Below are positions 9,283-21,202 of a stretch of DNA of 64,000 nt, in pieces. Below the pieces are notes generated by a model, which ran no database searches, had not been told where the DNA came from, and worked only from the letters and a program-made list of their open reading frames with translations. The number at the start of each line of letters is the position of its first letter. Within the stretch, counting starts at the first letter, position 1. Made by a program: the position numbers and the translations under genes. The DNA is taken from assembly GCA_963740355.1 (NCBI GenBank), contig CAVUDW010000003.1, positions 480,001 to 544,000 on the forward strand, given 5' to 3'. This DNA is from an uncultured Gemmatimonadaceae bacterium (lineage in GTDB: Bacteria > Gemmatimonadota > Gemmatimonadetes > Gemmatimonadales > Gemmatimonadaceae).

Positions 9283-12200
9283 TCACGCCGCCCACCGCTC
9301 CGTCAACAACTCCGCCTGCTCGATAACCGTCTTCACCGCCATCTCCTGCTTGTCCGGCGGGTACCCGTACTTCTTCAAGATCCGCTTGACCATCAACCGC
9401 AACTTCGCCCGCACCGACTCGCGCACCGACCAGTCCACCGTCACGTTGGCCCGGATCGTCTTCGTCAGCTCCTGCGCGATCATCCTGAGCTGCGCGTCCC
9501 CCAACACCGCGACCGCGCTGTCGTTCACCTCCAGCGCCTCGTAGAACGCCACCTCGTCATCCGTCAGGCCCAGCGCATCACCGCGCGCCTGCGCCTCCCG
9601 CATCTGCTTCGCCAGCGCGATCAACTCCTCGATGACCTGCGCTGTCTCGATGGCCCGGTTCCGGTAGGCGCCGACCGACCGTTCGAGCATCTCGGCGAAC
9701 GACCGTGACTGCACGAGGTTGCGCCGCGACCGCGTTTTGAGCTCATCCTGCAGCAGCTTGCGCAACAGTTCGACGGCGAGGCTCCGCTGCGGCATGTCGC
9801 GCACGTCGGCCAGAAACTCGTCCGACAGGATGGACAGGTCGGGCTTCTGCAGCCCGGCGGCCGCGAACACGTCCACGACCCCCTCGATGGCCACGGCGCG
9901 GCTCACGAGCTGGCGGATGGCATGCTCCATCTCGGCCTCGCTCCGGCCCGGCCCGACCGTGCTCTTGGCCAGTGCTGCCTTGACGGCCTGGAAAAAGCCG
10001 ACGTCGTCCCGCACACGCAGTGCGTCGGGGTGCGGCACGCTCAGCGCGAACGCCTTCGACAGTTCCGCGACCACCTGGTAGAACCGCTGCTGCCCGTCCT
10101 GCTGCGCCAGCACGTGCTCCTGTGCGGTCGGGAGAAGCGCCAGCCGCTGCGACGCGGTGCCGGCGGCCCAGGCGCCCCAGTCGAAGCCGTGGAACAGCGA
10201 GCAGCAGACCTCGTGCTTCTCCAGCAGCACTGCGACGGCTTCGTTCTGGTCGATTGTCGCCCGCCCCTTCCCGCCCCCCTGCGTGTAGTCGGCGAGGGCG
10301 CGCTTGAGCTGGTCGGCGAGGCCGAGGTAGTCGACCACCAGCCCACCCGGCTTGTCCTTGAAGACGCGGTTCACGCGCGCGATGGCCTGCATCAGCCCAT
10401 GCCCGTGCATCGGCTTGTCCAGGTACATCGTGTGCAGGCAAGGCGCGTCGAACCCGGTCAGCCACATGTCGCGCACGATCACGATCCGCAACGGGTCTGC
10501 AGGATCCTTGAGACGCTCGGCCAGCTTCTCGCGCCGCGCCTTGTTGCGGATGTGCGGCTGCCAGTCGAGCGGATCGCTGGCCGAGCCGGTCATGACGACC
10601 TTCACGACGCCGTGCTCGTCGCCGTCGGCATGCCAGTCAGGCCGCAGGGCGATGATCTCGCGAGAGAGCGCGAGGCAGATCCGGCGGCTCATGCAGACGA
10701 CCATCGCCTTACCGTCCATGGCTTCCAGCCGCCGCTCGTAGTGGGCCACCAGGTCCGCCGCGATCTGTTTCAGCCGTGGCTCTGCGCCGACCAGCGCCTC
10801 GAGCGCCGCCCACTTGGTCTTCAGGCGTTCCTTGCGCTCGACTTCCTCGCCTTCGGTGGCCTCGTCGAAGGCCTCGTCGAGCGTGGGCTTCGCCTCATCA
10901 CGCAACACCAGCTGGGCCAGCCGGCTCTCGTAGTAGATCGGGACCGTGGCGCCGTCCGCCACTGCCTGCTGGATGTCGTAGACCGAGATGTAGTCGCCGA
11001 AGACGGCCGTGGTGCTCCGGTCATCTGCTTCGATGGGCGTTCCGGTGAAGCCGATGAAGCTGGCGTTTGGGAGCGCATCGCGGAGGTGGCGCGCGAAGCC
11101 GTCGATGAAGTCGTACTGACTTCGGTGTGCCTCGTCGGCGATCACCACCACGTTCCGGCGGTTGGTCAGCACCGGGTACGTCTCGCCCTGCGCAGCGGGG
11201 GCGAACTTCTGCACGGTGGTGAAGATCACGCCACCGGACGCCCGCTGCAGCAGCGTGCGCAGTTCATCGCGCGAGCCGGCCTGCTCCGGCTCCTGGCGCA
11301 GCAGCTCCCGACACCCGGCGAAGGTGCCGAACAACTGATCGTCCAGATCGTTCCGGTCCGTCAGAATGACGAGGGTTGGGTTCTCCATCGCCGGTTCGGT
11401 CACGAGGCGCCCGGAGTAAAAGGCCATCGTGAGCGATTTCCCCGATCCCTGCGTGTGCCACACCACGCCGACACGCCGATCACCCGTTGGCCGCGCCGCG
11501 GCGACGGTGGCGCCCACCGCCGTCTCAACGGCGTGGAACTGGTGGTAGGCGGCCAGCTTCTTGGCGGGCTCGCCGTGGGCCCCCTCCTCGAACACGATGA
11601 AATGCCGTAGGAACGTCAGCAGCCGCCTGCGGTCGAAGAGCCCGCGGAGCAGCACCTCGAGCTCCGGCAGGGTGCTCGGCGCCAACGTCGCGCCGTCCAC
11701 GGTGCGCCATGGCATGAAGCGCTCGAAGTCCGCCGTGAGCGACCCGACACGTGCCTTCAGACCGTCTGACGCGACCAGCAACGCGTTGTGGTGGAAGAGC
11801 GACGGCAGCTGGGACTTGTAGGTCTGCAGCTGCTGGTAGGCGCCGACCACGGTCGCCTTCTCGTCGGCCGGGTTCTTCAGCTCGACGATGGCGATGGGGA
11901 GACCGTTGAGGTACACAATCACGTCGGGTCGACGCTTGTGACCGCTCTCGACGACCGTGACCTGGTTCACCGCAAGCCAGTCATTCGCCTCTGGGTTCGT
12001 GAAGTCCGCGACGCGCACGAGTGCCCCGCGGATGGAGCCATCGGGACGCACGGTCTCCACCGGCACGCCGTGCACCAGGAGATGGTGCAGCGCGTGATTC
12101 GCGTCAACGAGAACGATGGCGTCGGAGCGCGTGAGCCGGCGATGCGCTTCGGTGAGCGCTGCCGCAGGCAGACCGGGGTTGAGCCGGGCGAGTGCTGCTC

Positions 12201-12369
12201 GGAGGCGGTCGATGAGCACCACGTCACCGTACGATGCGCGCTCGGGTGCCGAGCCGTCCGGGGCGAGGTCGGGGCCATGCGCGATGGCGTAGCCGAGGTC
12301 CGCGAGCAGGTCGAGAGCGACGACCTCGACTTCCGACTCGGTGAAGAACGACGGGGAGGCGGGGGTCAT
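9283..12369 (-). CDS. hsdR: Type I restriction enzyme subunit R
   Basis: RPD...[50 protein letters not shown] overlap with hsdS. Confidence 0.96.
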   Translation of the reverse strand: MTPASPSFFTESEVEVVALDLLADLGYAIAHGPDLAPDGSAPERASYGDVVLIDRLRAALARLNPGLPAAALTEAHRRLTRSDAIVLVDANHALHHLLVHGVPVETVRPDGSIRGALVRVADFTNPEANDWLAVNQVTVVESGHKRRPDVIVYLNGLPIAIVELKNPADEKATVVGAYQQLQTYKSQLPSLFHHNALLVASDGLKARVGSLTADFERFMPWRTVDGATLAPSTLPELEVLLRGLFDRRRLLTFLRHFIVFEEGAHGEPAKKLAAYHQFHAVETAVGATVAAARPTGDRRVGVVWHTQGSGKSLTMAFYSGRLVTEPAMENPTLVILTDRNDLDDQLFGTFAGCRELLRQEPEQAGSRDELRTLLQRASGGVIFTTVQKFAPAAQGETYPVLTNRRNVVVIADEAHRSQYDFIDGFARHLRDALPNASFIGFTGTPIEADDRSTTAVFGDYISVYDIQQAVADGATVPIYYESRLAQLVLRDEAKPTLDEAFDEATEGEEVERKERLKTKWAALEALVGAEPRLKQIAADLVAHYERRLEAMDGKAMVVCMSRRICLALSREIIALRPDWHADGDEHGVVKVVMTGSASDPLDWQPHIRNKARREKLAERLKDPADPLRIVIVRDMWLTGFDAPCLHTMYLDKPMHGHGLMQAIARVNRVFKDKPGGLVVDYLGLADQLKRALADYTQGGGKGRATIDQNEAVAVLLEKHEVCCSLFHGFDWGAWAAGTASQRLALLPTAQEHVLAQQDGQQRFYQVVAELSKAFALSVPHPDALRVRDDVGFFQAVKAALAKSTVGPGRSEAEMEHAIRQLVSRAVAIEGVVDVFAAAGLQKPDLSILSDEFLADVRDMPQRSLAVELLRKLLQDELKTRSRRNLVQSRSFAEMLERSVGAYRNRAIETAQVIEELIALAKQMREAQARGDALGLTDDEVAFYEALEVNDSAVAVLGDAQLRMIAQELTKTIRANVTVDWSVRESVRAKLRLMVKRILKKYGYPPDKQEMAVKTVIEQAELLTERWAA

Positions 12370-13595
12370 GGAGTTTGCGCGAGCTCGCGTTCTTCGTAGC
12401 GGACGCGAAGGTCGCCTGAGAGGAGGCACGGCAGCAAAGTGTCGCGCAGCTCGGCAAGGGTCCGGTTCTCGTCCCGTGCCTGCTGGATGCGCTCAAGAAG
12501 TGGTGCTCCAACGGCGTCGAACTGGGCCAGCGCCAGTCGTGAAGGAAGACTGACGTGAATGGCGAGTACATCATCCGGGCGCACTCGCTGATGGCTGTTG
12601 GAGGTACCCGTGACCGTCGAGCACAGAGCAGTCCGAAACGGAGTGCTTGTGAGTAGTCCGTACAGATAGGCACGCGTCGCGCAGCTCTGCGGGACGAACA
12701 CCAAGAACTCGGTGGAGCAAACTGCCGCGTCAGCATCGTTGACGTTCGGCACCCACACGCGCTCCGTGCTCGGATTCAGCTTGGAGAGGAGCACACTTCC
12801 GGCAGGAACCACGAACTTGTTGCTGAGAATGGCTGCACCGGTCTCGCGCACGGGCTGCAGTTCAGCATCGAAAGCCGGGATGCTGAAGTGCGAAAACATG
12901 CGATCAGGTTCGCGACCAGGAGAGACTCCGTCACGAACTAGTTGCGCGATGTCACCAAGACAACGTGGAGGTCTTGGGCTGTCGTGCTCCAATTCCATTC
13001 GCGCGAACAGCATGCGAAGCATACAGTCGAGCGTGTCTATCGTGCGCCAGTTCAGTTCGATCTTGTCGTCGAGCGCACCAAGGACCTCCGCTATTCGGCG
13101 CTGTTCAGCGAGCGCCGGCAGCACTAGTGGCAGTCGACTGATCACGTCCGTGTTCAAATTCGGCATCACAGCGCCAACTGCATGTGCCTTGAGCCAGTCG
13201 ATGGCACTTCGATCCGCAAGCGCGAACGAAACGAAAGACGGATCCACTCGCTGACGATCAACACGAAGAAGGATCGCACCTGTGCCACACAGCCATCCCG
13301 CGTGACGGCTTTGCACCAACGCTGACAGCCCTGTGGCCTGCACGCCTCGTCGCGCGAACAAAATGTCTCCGTCGCGGACAACGTGGCGAGCGAGCCGCTC
13401 CACTGTTGCCGGCGAGACTTGCGGCAGGCCTTGCTCCATCAGCGTGCGCCTGCCTATGGCCTCGGTCGGTATGACTGGGGTGCCGGAGGCGACATAGTCG
13501 TGCGCATGCAGCTGTGAGCCGAACGGCCCCGTCTGCAACGACGCTGCGCCCGATGCGATCATGTCGCCGATGGTAGTTTCGCGCCAATCGCTCAT
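12366..13595 (-). CDS. hsdS: Type I R-M specificity subunit S
   Basis: Two TRDs; conserved P...[17 protein letters not shown] and [13 protein letters not shown]. Confidence 0.95.
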   Translation of the reverse strand: MSDWRETTIGDMIASGAASLQTGPFGSQLHAHDYVASGTPVIPTEAIGRRTLMEQGLPQVSPATVERLARHVVRDGDILFARRGVQATGLSALVQSRHAGWLCGTGAILLRVDRQRVDPSFVSFALADRSAIDWLKAHAVGAVMPNLNTDVISRLPLVLPALAEQRRIAEVLGALDDKIELNWRTIDTLDCMLRMLFARMELEHDSPRPPRCLGDIAQLVRDGVSPGREPDRMFSHFSIPAFDAELQPVRETGAAILSNKFVVPAGSVLLSKLNPSTERVWVPNVNDADAAVCSTEFLVFVPQSCATRAYLYGLLTSTPFRTALCSTVTGTSNSHQRVRPDDVLAIHVSLPSRLALAQFDAVGAPLLERIQQARDENRTLAELRDTLLPCLLSGDLRVRYEERELAQTP

Positions 13596-15205
13596 GCGCT
13601 CTCGTCCATCGACGTCGCACGCGCCGATGACGGTCGTATGGGCAGCGAAAAACCGACCGACGCCAGCCCATGGCGCAACCGGTCATTCAATGCCGCCGCC
13701 AGCTCAAGCTGTGTGGCGAGCCGGTAGGTGAGTTCGGCCATGCGGGTCTCGGTTGACTCAGGGTCTTCGTCCATCACCGACGTACCGACGAACCGGCCTG
13801 GCGAGAGGGCATACCCATGCTTCCGCACTTCTTCGAGCGTAACCGCCCGACAGAAGCCCGCCGTGTCCGAGTACATCGCCGCGCCCGTGTCACCGCGCCA
13901 TGCATGGTACGCCCCGGCCACCAACGCTACGTCTTCCGCGGTCAACTCTCGGTGGACCCGTGACGCCATGCGCCCGAGCTGCCGAGCGTCGATGAAGAGC
14001 GTCTCAGTGCGCCGATCCCGAAATCGTGGGTCACGCTTGTCGCGCGCCAGGAACCAGAGACAGACTGGGATCGGCGTCGAGTAGAAGAGCTGACCCGGCA
14101 GCGCCACGATGCAGTCCACTAGGTCTCCCTCGACGAGCGCCTTTCGGATCTCTCCCTCCCCGCCCTGCTGCGTGCTCATGCTACCGTTGGCGAGCACGAA
14201 TCCAGCGACGCCGCGCGGCGCGAGGTGATGCACGAAATGCTGCACCCAAGCAAAGTTCGCGTTCCCGGCTGGCGGCACGCCGTACTCCCACCGCACGTCC
14301 TTTTGGAGGAGCGGCTGCCCCCAGTCCGAGATGTTGAACGGTGGGTTCGCGATGACGTAGTCCGCGCGCAGGTCACGGTGCAGGTCCTCGTGCAGCGTGT
14401 CCGCGGGCTTCAGCCCAAGGTTGGAGTCGATCCCGCGAATGGCGAGGTTCATCTGCGCCAGCCGCCACGTCGTCGAGTTCAGTTCCTGCCCATAGACGCT
14501 GATCGCGCCCACACGCCCACCGTGCGCCTGCACGAACTTCTCGCTCTGCACGAACATTCCGCCCGACCCGCAACACGGGTCGTAGATGCGCCCCTCGTAC
14601 GGGGCAAGCATCTCCACCAGCAGCTGCACCACGGAACGCGGCGTGTAGAACTCGCCGCCGTTCTTGCCCTCGGCACTGGCGAACTGCCCCAGGAAATACT
14701 CGTACACGCGCCCCAGCAGGTCCTTGGCGCGGCTCTCGGCGTCGCCCACCCCCACACCCGAGATCAGGTCCACCAGCTCGCCCAGACGGCGCTTGTCGAG
14801 CGACGGGCGGGCGTACTCCTTCGGCAGCACGCCCTTGAGCCGCGGGTTGACCAGCTCAACGGCGTGCATGGCGTCGTCAAGCAGCGTCCCGATCTCCGCC
14901 GTCTTGGCCTTCGCCTGAAGCGCCGACCACCGCGCCGCGACCGGCACCCAGAACACGTTGTCTGCGGCGTACTCGTCGCGGTCCTCGGGGTCCGCGCCGT
15001 TCGCCGCGTCGGCCAGCAGCGCGTCGTACTTCTCCGCGAAGGCATCGGAGATGTACTTCAGGAAGATCAGGCCGAGGACGACGTGCTTGTACTCGGCAGC
15101 GTCGAGGTTGCCGCGGAGCTTGTCGGCGGCGGCCCAGAGGGTGGCCTCGAGGCCGAGGGGGGCGGCGGCGCTCCCATTCTTGCGACTGCTGGTACGTGGC
15201 GGCAC
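13592..15205 (-). CDS. hsdM: Type I R-M N6-adenine methyltransferase subunit M
   Basis: [34 protein letters not shown]; probable GTG start at 15205. Confidence 0.96.
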   Translation of the reverse strand: MPPRTSSRKNGSAAAPLGLEATLWAAADKLRGNLDAAEYKHVVLGLIFLKYISDAFAEKYDALLADAANGADPEDRDEYAADNVFWVPVAARWSALQAKAKTAEIGTLLDDAMHAVELVNPRLKGVLPKEYARPSLDKRRLGELVDLISGVGVGDAESRAKDLLGRVYEYFLGQFASAEGKNGGEFYTPRSVVQLLVEMLAPYEGRIYDPCCGSGGMFVQSEKFVQAHGGRVGAISVYGQELNSTTWRLAQMNLAIRGIDSNLGLKPADTLHEDLHRDLRADYVIANPPFNISDWGQPLLQKDVRWEYGVPPAGNANFAWVQHFVHHLAPRGVAGFVLANGSMSTQQGGEGEIRKALVEGDLVDCIVALPGQLFYSTPIPVCLWFLARDKRDPRFRDRRTETLFIDARQLGRMASRVHRELTAEDVALVAGAYHAWRGDTGAAMYSDTAGFCRAVTLEEVRKHGYALSPGRFVGTSVMDEDPESTETRMAELTYRLATQLELAAALNDRLRHGLASVGFSLPIRPSSARATSMDESA

Positions 15206-15417
15206 AGGCGTGGCTGATGGGGACGGTTGCGGCGAGGACGACCGTGTGAAGGTATCCGGCGGCGGCGCGCCCCACAGCCTCGTCGCGGGCGCTTTCGGAT
15301 GTAAATGCGCCCTGTCGGAAATCGTACATTGGCGGTCGCCGGCCATGTCGATAGGAGGGATCCCGCCGGGCAATCGCGTTCGGCGATCCTCCCAGACGGA
15401 ATCCTCGCAGCGGAGCG

Positions 15418-15591
15418 ATACCGGTACAGCCGACCGCCGCAGAGGGGTATGACGCCGCGTTCGTCTCCGAACCGGTACGGACTGCAATTGAGCCGTGAAA
15501 GAACGCGTACCGGTATGACGGACGTCCCGAATTCCGGTACGCGGGTGGCTGTACCGGTACATCGTGACGTCGGCTGCAAGCGTACCGGAAC
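15418..15591. repeat. Cluster of six (G)TACCGGTA(C)-type palindromes
   Basis: CCGG cores at 15421, 15472, 15510, 15534, 15554, 15585; perfect TGTACCGGTACA at 15550-15561. Confidence 0.85.
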
Positions 15592-15830
15592 GACGCGGCA
15601 GCGGGAGCGGCTGTGCTCGCTATCGGGGAGCCTGTATTGTCGCGCTCGGTTGAAGGACGGCTGCACGTCGCCCGGACACTCGGCCGCCCACCTCCATGCG
15701 CAGTGAGCCAAGCATAAGAGGGGCGCACCGACCCATGGGACCAGCCCGCCGGAAGGACCGCGCCAGCCTGCCCCCCACCACCGACTCCTAGGCTCTCCGC
15801 ACGAGGTGCCCCCTACCGGAGAGTCGCACG

Positions 15831-16469
15831 ATGAGTCGTCCCCCCAATATCCCGACCACAGTCTTGCTCGCCACGGCGCGCTGGCTCAAGTGCGTCGCCA
15901 AGCTCTCGGTCCGTGCCCTGCGCCTCTGCCACAATCGCACCGCGACTGACCGGATCGCCGCCGTCTGCCGCTTCGTGAAGGACGAGGCCCGGCAACGCGT
16001 GCAGGATGCCGTCGCACACGGCGTCATCGCTGAACGACCCGCGCGCTCTGCGGCGCGTCGGCCCGCACGCCCTCGGCCCACAGCGCAGGCACCCGCGCAG
16101 CGCGCGCGATCCCCGAGACACACGATGCGCGCGCAGCGCCCAGCACCCGCCCCCCGCAACGCCGGCGCTCCGCATCGCGCGGTGCCGTCACCCTCCGGAC
16201 CACGCGACGCGGTGATTGCCGCGCTCAGCGCCCAGGCGAAGGTCGCACATGAAGAGCGGCTCAAGCAGATCGCGGAAGAGCAACGCCGGCTGCGCGAACG
16301 GATCGATGGCATGCAGCGTCAGATCGCTGCGTCGACGCCCTCGCCGATCATGCAACCTGTACCCACGGCGCCGATGGTGACGACGAGGGCCGTACTGCCT
16401 GCGCTAGTTCGGCGGGGCATCGCCCATGCGCGGTCAGTCCTGCGATTCATCTGGGGGACACGCCCCTGA
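15831..16469 (+). CDS. Hypothetical protein with basic linker and coiled coil
   Basis: GGAG upstream of ATG; heptad-like EERLKQIAEEQRRLRERIDGMQRQ. Confidence 0.5.
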   Translation: MSRPPNIPTTVLLATARWLKCVAKLSVRALRLCHNRTATDRIAAVCRFVKDEARQRVQDAVAHGVIAERPARSAARRPARPRPTAQAPAQRARSPRHTMRAQRPAPAPRNAGAPHRAVPSPSGPRDAVIAALSAQAKVAHEERLKQIAEEQRRLRERIDGMQRQIAASTPSPIMQPVPTAPMVTTRAVLPALVRRGIAHARSVLRFIWGTRP

Positions 16470-16574
16470 CAGCAGTGGACGCCACCGCACGGGACGCGCG
16501 ACGACGCAGTACACCGGGTACGAACGGACCCGTGCGCATCAATGCAACCGTCGCCGGCGTCGGCACTAGCGACG

Positions 16575-17062
16575 GATTTTTCCGGCTTCGGCGGAACGGG
16601 TGGCACCGTGCCGCCGGTAGGATTCTGATCCCGTGCGGCTTGGTGGCGGCGCTCTCCGGGCTGTGGATGGCACGGTCCAGTCCATGGCCTGCTGGCGACG
16701 GCCAGATCCTGTATGTCGAACGTCTTGTCTTCGGCTCGGCGATGGTGCTGTCGATTGCGCTGAGCGTGGTAGCGGTCAGGCGCATCAACTTTCGGGCGCA
16801 CGGCCGATGGATGTTGCGCGCGTACGCCATCGGACTTGGGTCAGGCACGCAGGTCCTCACGCATCTGCCGTGGTTCCTGATCATGGGCGACACGCCAAGC
16901 GAAACCCCGCGCGCCGTGTTGATGGGCGCCGGCTGGGTGATCAATGTTGTCGTCGCAGAGTGGATCATTCGCCGCGAAGTCGCACGTCCAGTGGCCGTAG
17001 CAGGACCCGAGCGCTGGGATGGTGAGCACTGCCCAAAGGTCGTGCGAGGTGCGGTTCACTGA
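16575..17062 (+). pseudogene. DUF2306-type membrane protein, 5'-truncated fragment
   Basis: WHR..GRI...GL..ALSGLWM and H..WM.RAYAIGLG.GTQ; N-terminal helices missing. Confidence 0.6.
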
Positions 17063-17189
17063 CGCGTGTCGCGTGATCTGAGTCGCACGCACTGCGCACG
17101 CCATGTGCACACTCGGATCGCCCGAACGTCCTGCCAGCCGAGAGTCAGCGCAACCGGAAGGTCGGCGAAAACGGGTGCAAGCCAGCAGC

Positions 17190-18026
17190 TTATTTCACCT
17201 TCGGAAACTGGTCGTCCTCGGTCGCGCGCGTGTTGCGCCATAGCAATTCGCTTGACTGCACGTCCTTGCGGCCCGCCAGGAACAGATTCCAGCCATTGAT
17301 GATCATCGCCGCGACCGACGGCCCGCGCAGCTGCGTCTTGGCGCCCTTGCCGCGCATGCTGAGGAGCCGCTTCCGCAACTCGAACGCTGGATTGCCCTTC
17401 CCGATGTTCTCGCCTTCCTGGATCAATTCGATCCATTCCTCGGCCCTCCTCGCGTGTTTCTCGTGCGCGAGACAATACACCATCGCCAGCTGCGCATGCG
17501 GCTGGATCACGCTGCTCTGCACCACCTGCTCCACGGCATCGGGCAGGAACGGGTGCGCCTTGATCGTGCGCTGCAGGGCGGCATACGACACCGCCGGTCC
17601 ACTACTCGCCAGTTTATCCAGGTCGTAGTAGTAGAGCGATTTGGCGGCGGCTGCCAGCTTCCTCGCATTGGCGACGCCGTTGATCTGCATCGCATCCGCC
17701 ACCGACCGCGGTTTGTTGGTATCGATGACGGCCATGGCGCGCGGATCAAGATTTCGGGCCACGTAGACGCTGATCGACCGACCGCTCTGCACGACCGCCG
17801 TCAGCCGGTGCTGGCCGTCGATCAGCTCGCCCTTTCGGTTGAATCGCACCGGGTCAAAAGTCTGCCGCCAGTCGCCGCGGCGAATGTCGTCGGCGAGCCG
17901 GTCCACATGCGTGGCGTTCAGACGACGATTCGCGCCCATGGTCGACAACCACTCGGTCGCGAGTTCCGGCGTGACCTCGACGAGTTCGAGGCTTGCATCG
18001 GTGCTTGCAGGGGGCACGGTGATCAC
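17190..18026 (-). CDS. ParB/Srx-like N-terminal (DGQHR) domain protein, phage/MGE type
   Basis: VTPELA.EWL...NRRL...HV..LA.DI..G.W...G.LIDGQHRL.AVV.SG; start uncertain. Confidence 0.8.
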   Translation of the reverse strand: MITVPPASTDASLELVEVTPELATEWLSTMGANRRLNATHVDRLADDIRRGDWRQTFDPVRFNRKGELIDGQHRLTAVVQSGRSISVYVARNLDPRAMAVIDTNKPRSVADAMQINGVANARKLAAAAKSLYYYDLDKLASSGPAVSYAALQRTIKAHPFLPDAVEQVVQSSVIQPHAQLAMVYCLAHEKHARRAEEWIELIQEGENIGKGNPAFELRKRLLSMRGKGAKTQLRGPSVAAMIINGWNLFLAGRKDVQSSELLWRNTRATEDDQFPKVK

Positions 18027-18717
18027 CTGAGCGTGGGGTGGTTGGCCGCAGCGAGACCGGCTGCGTATGACCGCGCCGACACTGGGGACGCTGTCATGCT
18101 CGCAACGTACGGCGACGCACGTCTGCCGGTCAATTCGCGGCGCGAAACGAAGCCCGCAACCACCACGACGGCTCGCAGGCGACAAAGCCGCTGTCTCAGC
18201 GATGATTGCGGCCTGGCGCTCAGGAGACATCGCCGTCTACAGACCTGGTATGCGTCGAATCACGTGCGCGGGAAGGTCACCACAGAGCCAGGTCGCGACG
18301 GCATGGAGGCCCATCGTCTCGGTGGCGACGCGCGTCGAATGCGCGCGGCTGGCGCTCGCGCCCGCCAGCGATCACTGCATCATCGGGGCAACGCGACGAA
18401 TCCGCCGTGTGTGCACGCCGCGCGGCGAGCCTCGAATTCCACGCACAATTGCAACGTGTTGCGTGCCTTTGACTTACCCTACGAGTCCCAACGTGTCCTC
18501 GCGAATGTGTGCGGGATTCAGTCGCTGAATACGACCACGATCAACGACTCGACTCCGCACACGGCGACGCTGTAAGTCCCCGTATGTCCCCGTGTGTCGC
18601 GTCCACGTGACGCCGATTGCACATACGATGGCCGCCCTCGTGCAGGGCACCGCGGCCCCCAGCGGCCTGCACACAGCCTCCGGTACGCTCGCCGTACAAC
18701 CCGATCCGAGGCTGATC

Positions 18718-21201
18718 ATGCAGACCACGCACGCACCGCTCGACCCGTCGCACCCCATCACGCTCCCGATGCTGCGCGTCGCGGCGTCCGTGCTCGACGA
18801 AACCGTCATTGCCGCCGCAACGCGGCGCTCCGCACTCTCCGATCTCGAACATACGCTGGCCACGCAGCTCAACGCCCATCTCCAACTCGGCTCTGAACCC
18901 GAAGCGCGCATTCAGTTGGACCCACCTGCGCATCTGGGTCGCGCACCGATGGACATCCGTGCCTTTCTGCCTGGCAGCGCGATGGCCGCACACGCCCGGG
19001 CGAAGCGGCTGAAGCACGAGCGGCCCGACAACGCGCGTCGTCGGATCGAACGACTGCTGACGGCGCTCGCGCCGTGGGCGCTGTCCGCACGCGCGTCGGC
19101 AACGCCCTGCCCCGTGCTGACGGAGTTCCACACCCTCGCCAACCGCGTGGGAGACGTGAGCGCGGTCACCGGGAAAGAGCAGCGCAGGATCGGACATCTG
19201 CAGCTCGGCATGCGCCGTTTCGCGCGCATCGCGGCTTCACACGGCGTCATCACCGTTGCGGAGCTCCCGACGACCACCGATGCGATGATCACGATGCTCG
19301 CCACGTGGGGCCTGGCACCCTCGCTGCGCAACCACATGATGTGGACGCTCCGCGCCGTACGGCGGCTGCTCGCTGACGACATCGTCGCGCCACGCCTCCC
19401 CTCGTGGTCGCCGGTGTCCATCGGCGACAATCAGCAGCAGCGCATCGATGAGCGACTCCCTGAACTGGCGCGCGACGTGGAGACCTGGGAGTCGCTGTCG
19501 TCGATGAAGGTCGGCGACCGCGCCGCCGGGAATCGCTCGCGCACGGCGCATGAGGCGCTCACCGCCAAGACGCAGTACGTATACCGCGCCGCCATGCGGC
19601 AGTGGGCGTCCGCGCTGCTGACGCTCGTCGACCGTGGACTGCTCACGATTCCGGACCTGCCTGCGCTGAACGTCGAATCGTTGTGGTCGACCAGCGCTGA
19701 AGGGAGCGCACCACGACCGCTGCCAGGCAACGCGGAGGCGCTGTTGGCGGAACGTCGTGCGCGCCGTGGGCGGCCCACAAATCGAGCGGACGTTCGCGTC
19801 GTCCGCCCCCTCGCCCTCGCGGTGATCGATCTGGCACTCGACCATGGCCTGTTTGAGCGCGCCGCGCGCGATGCTGACGGACACTGGCCGAAGTCTGCGG
19901 CGCAGATGGCATTCCGACTGTGGAGCATCACGGAACGGGTCGCGCTCGGCACTGATGGCGACGAGGCATCGGAATTGCTCGCGCTCCGAGCCATCTGGAC
20001 GGCACACCTGCCATCGATGAAGGACATCCTTACGAAGGAGTCGTTTGTGAAGGATCACGTTCGCATGCTGCAGATGGTCACGCTGCCGCAGGTCGTCTGT
20101 TTGATCCTCCCGTGGTGGACGCTGCACGAACTCCCTCGTCTCGAGCGCGAGGCAATCCAGCTGCGCATCCGTGCCTCACGGCCGGGTGCATCCCAGGCGT
20201 CAGCGGCCCGTGCACGTGAGGCGCATGAGGCATTCATCGCTGGGCTCGATGCGTACATCGCCCTCGCGACGTTCGTGGCCGAGCCGAGCCGGATCACCAA
20301 CGTCACAAATGCACGCACGGGGAAGGAGGTGATGATCGACGCGGAGTGGTCTCACAGCGGTGACCTGCTCGCATTGCACGGCATCGGGACGAGCTTTCCC
20401 GGTCGTGATGAAGGCGAGATCGCCGAGGTGACGACCAAGACTGGTGAGGCCCGGCCGACGTGGCGCTGGTCGCCGACGATCATCGACCGGCGCTGGTTCG
20501 CGCGGTACCTCAAAGAGTCGTGGCTCCCCGCGTTGCGCGCCACAGGACACGTGAAGCACGACGAGACGCTGCAGTCCGCGGTTGCCAGTGGACGATTCGC
20601 GTGGTTTGCCAATGCCGACCCGCGCAGTGATCGCGCACAGGCCGTCGCGGGTGCGTTCCGCGCCACGAGCAGCGTGGCGGAGCGATTCGGTTACGCCCTG
20701 CTGCTGGGGCTGCGCGCGATGGGTCGCACCGATCTCCCGACCAGCGTCGACACGGCAGCAGTCGAAGGATACGCGTACATGTTCCGCCCCCATGCCGCTC
20801 GGCTGTGGTGGGGCACGTACTGGTTCATGCGAGGCGAGCACGGTCCGAAACGCGCACGTCCTGATGGTGGCGTCGATGCGGTGTCGGGCTGGCAGGTCGC
20901 GATGCGGGCGACGTGCGACAAAATGGTGACGCTGGAGAAGCACTATGTGAAGCTGAGCGCCACGATGCAGGAACTGATGCGAAGCCCGCTCACGTCGGTT
21001 GAGCATCCCAACGCGTATGATCATCTGCTCGACCGGACGTGGTGGCACGATGCGCCAACCGATTGGAAGCGCGTCTGGCGCGACCCGAAGACGGTGTTGC
21101 CCGGCAACCTTCGCGCACTGGTTGAACGCGACGGAGCGACACCACCACCGTCTCGGCCGTCGTGCCGCAGCGGCACCCGACGCCGAGCTATGGCGGCGTA
21201 A
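18718..21201 (+). CDS. Large, divergent tyrosine recombinase-like protein
   Basis: Ordered catalytic-like residues R (EPSRITN, 20290), K (TTKTG, 20437), HxxR (PHAAR, 20791-20802), Y (TLEKHY, 20944); GAGG RBS before ATG 18718. Confidence 0.65.
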   Translation: MQTTHAPLDPSHPITLPMLRVAASVLDETVIAAATRRSALSDLEHTLATQLNAHLQLGSEPEARIQLDPPAHLGRAPMDIRAFLPGSAMAAHARAKRLKHERPDNARRRIERLLTALAPWALSARASATPCPVLTEFHTLANRVGDVSAVTGKEQRRIGHLQLGMRRFARIAASHGVITVAELPTTTDAMITMLATWGLAPSLRNHMMWTLRAVRRLLADDIVAPRLPSWSPVSIGDNQQQRIDERLPELARDVETWESLSSMKVGDRAAGNRSRTAHEALTAKTQYVYRAAMRQWASALLTLVDRGLLTIPDLPALNVESLWSTSAEGSAPRPLPGNAEALLAERRARRGRPTNRADVRVVRPLALAVIDLALDHGLFERAARDADGHWPKSAAQMAFRLWSITERVALGTDGDEASELLALRAIWTAHLPSMKDILTKESFVKDHVRMLQMVTLPQVVCLILPWWTLHELPRLEREAIQLRIRASRPGASQASAARAREAHEAFIAGLDAYIALATFVAEPSRITNVTNARTGKEVMIDAEWSHSGDLLALHGIGTSFPGRDEGEIAEVTTKTGEARPTWRWSPTIIDRRWFARYLKESWLPALRATGHVKHDETLQSAVASGRFAWFANADPRSDRAQAVAGAFRATSSVAERFGYALLLGLRAMGRTDLPTSVDTAAVEGYAYMFRPHAARLWWGTYWFMRGEHGPKRARPDGGVDAVSGWQVAMRATCDKMVTLEKHYVKLSATMQELMRSPLTSVEHPNAYDHLLDRTWWHDAPTDWKRVWRDPKTVLPGNLRALVERDGATPPPSRPSCRSGTRRRAMAA

Positions 21202-21202
21202 G

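Noticed and set aside
9922..11610. 562-aa plus-strand ORF (and similar long ORFs at 28829-30205, 29311-30624, 38614-40290)
   Set aside because: Antisense shadows of well-supported high-GC genes; no motifs.
15206..15562. 119-aa N-terminal extension of HsdM
   Set aside because: Non-homologous Arg/Pro-rich translation of regulatory DNA; HsdM similarity begins near 15205.
15418..15591. Possible CRISPR array
   Set aside because: Repeats are only about 10-13 bp, irregularly spaced and in both orientations; no cas genes.
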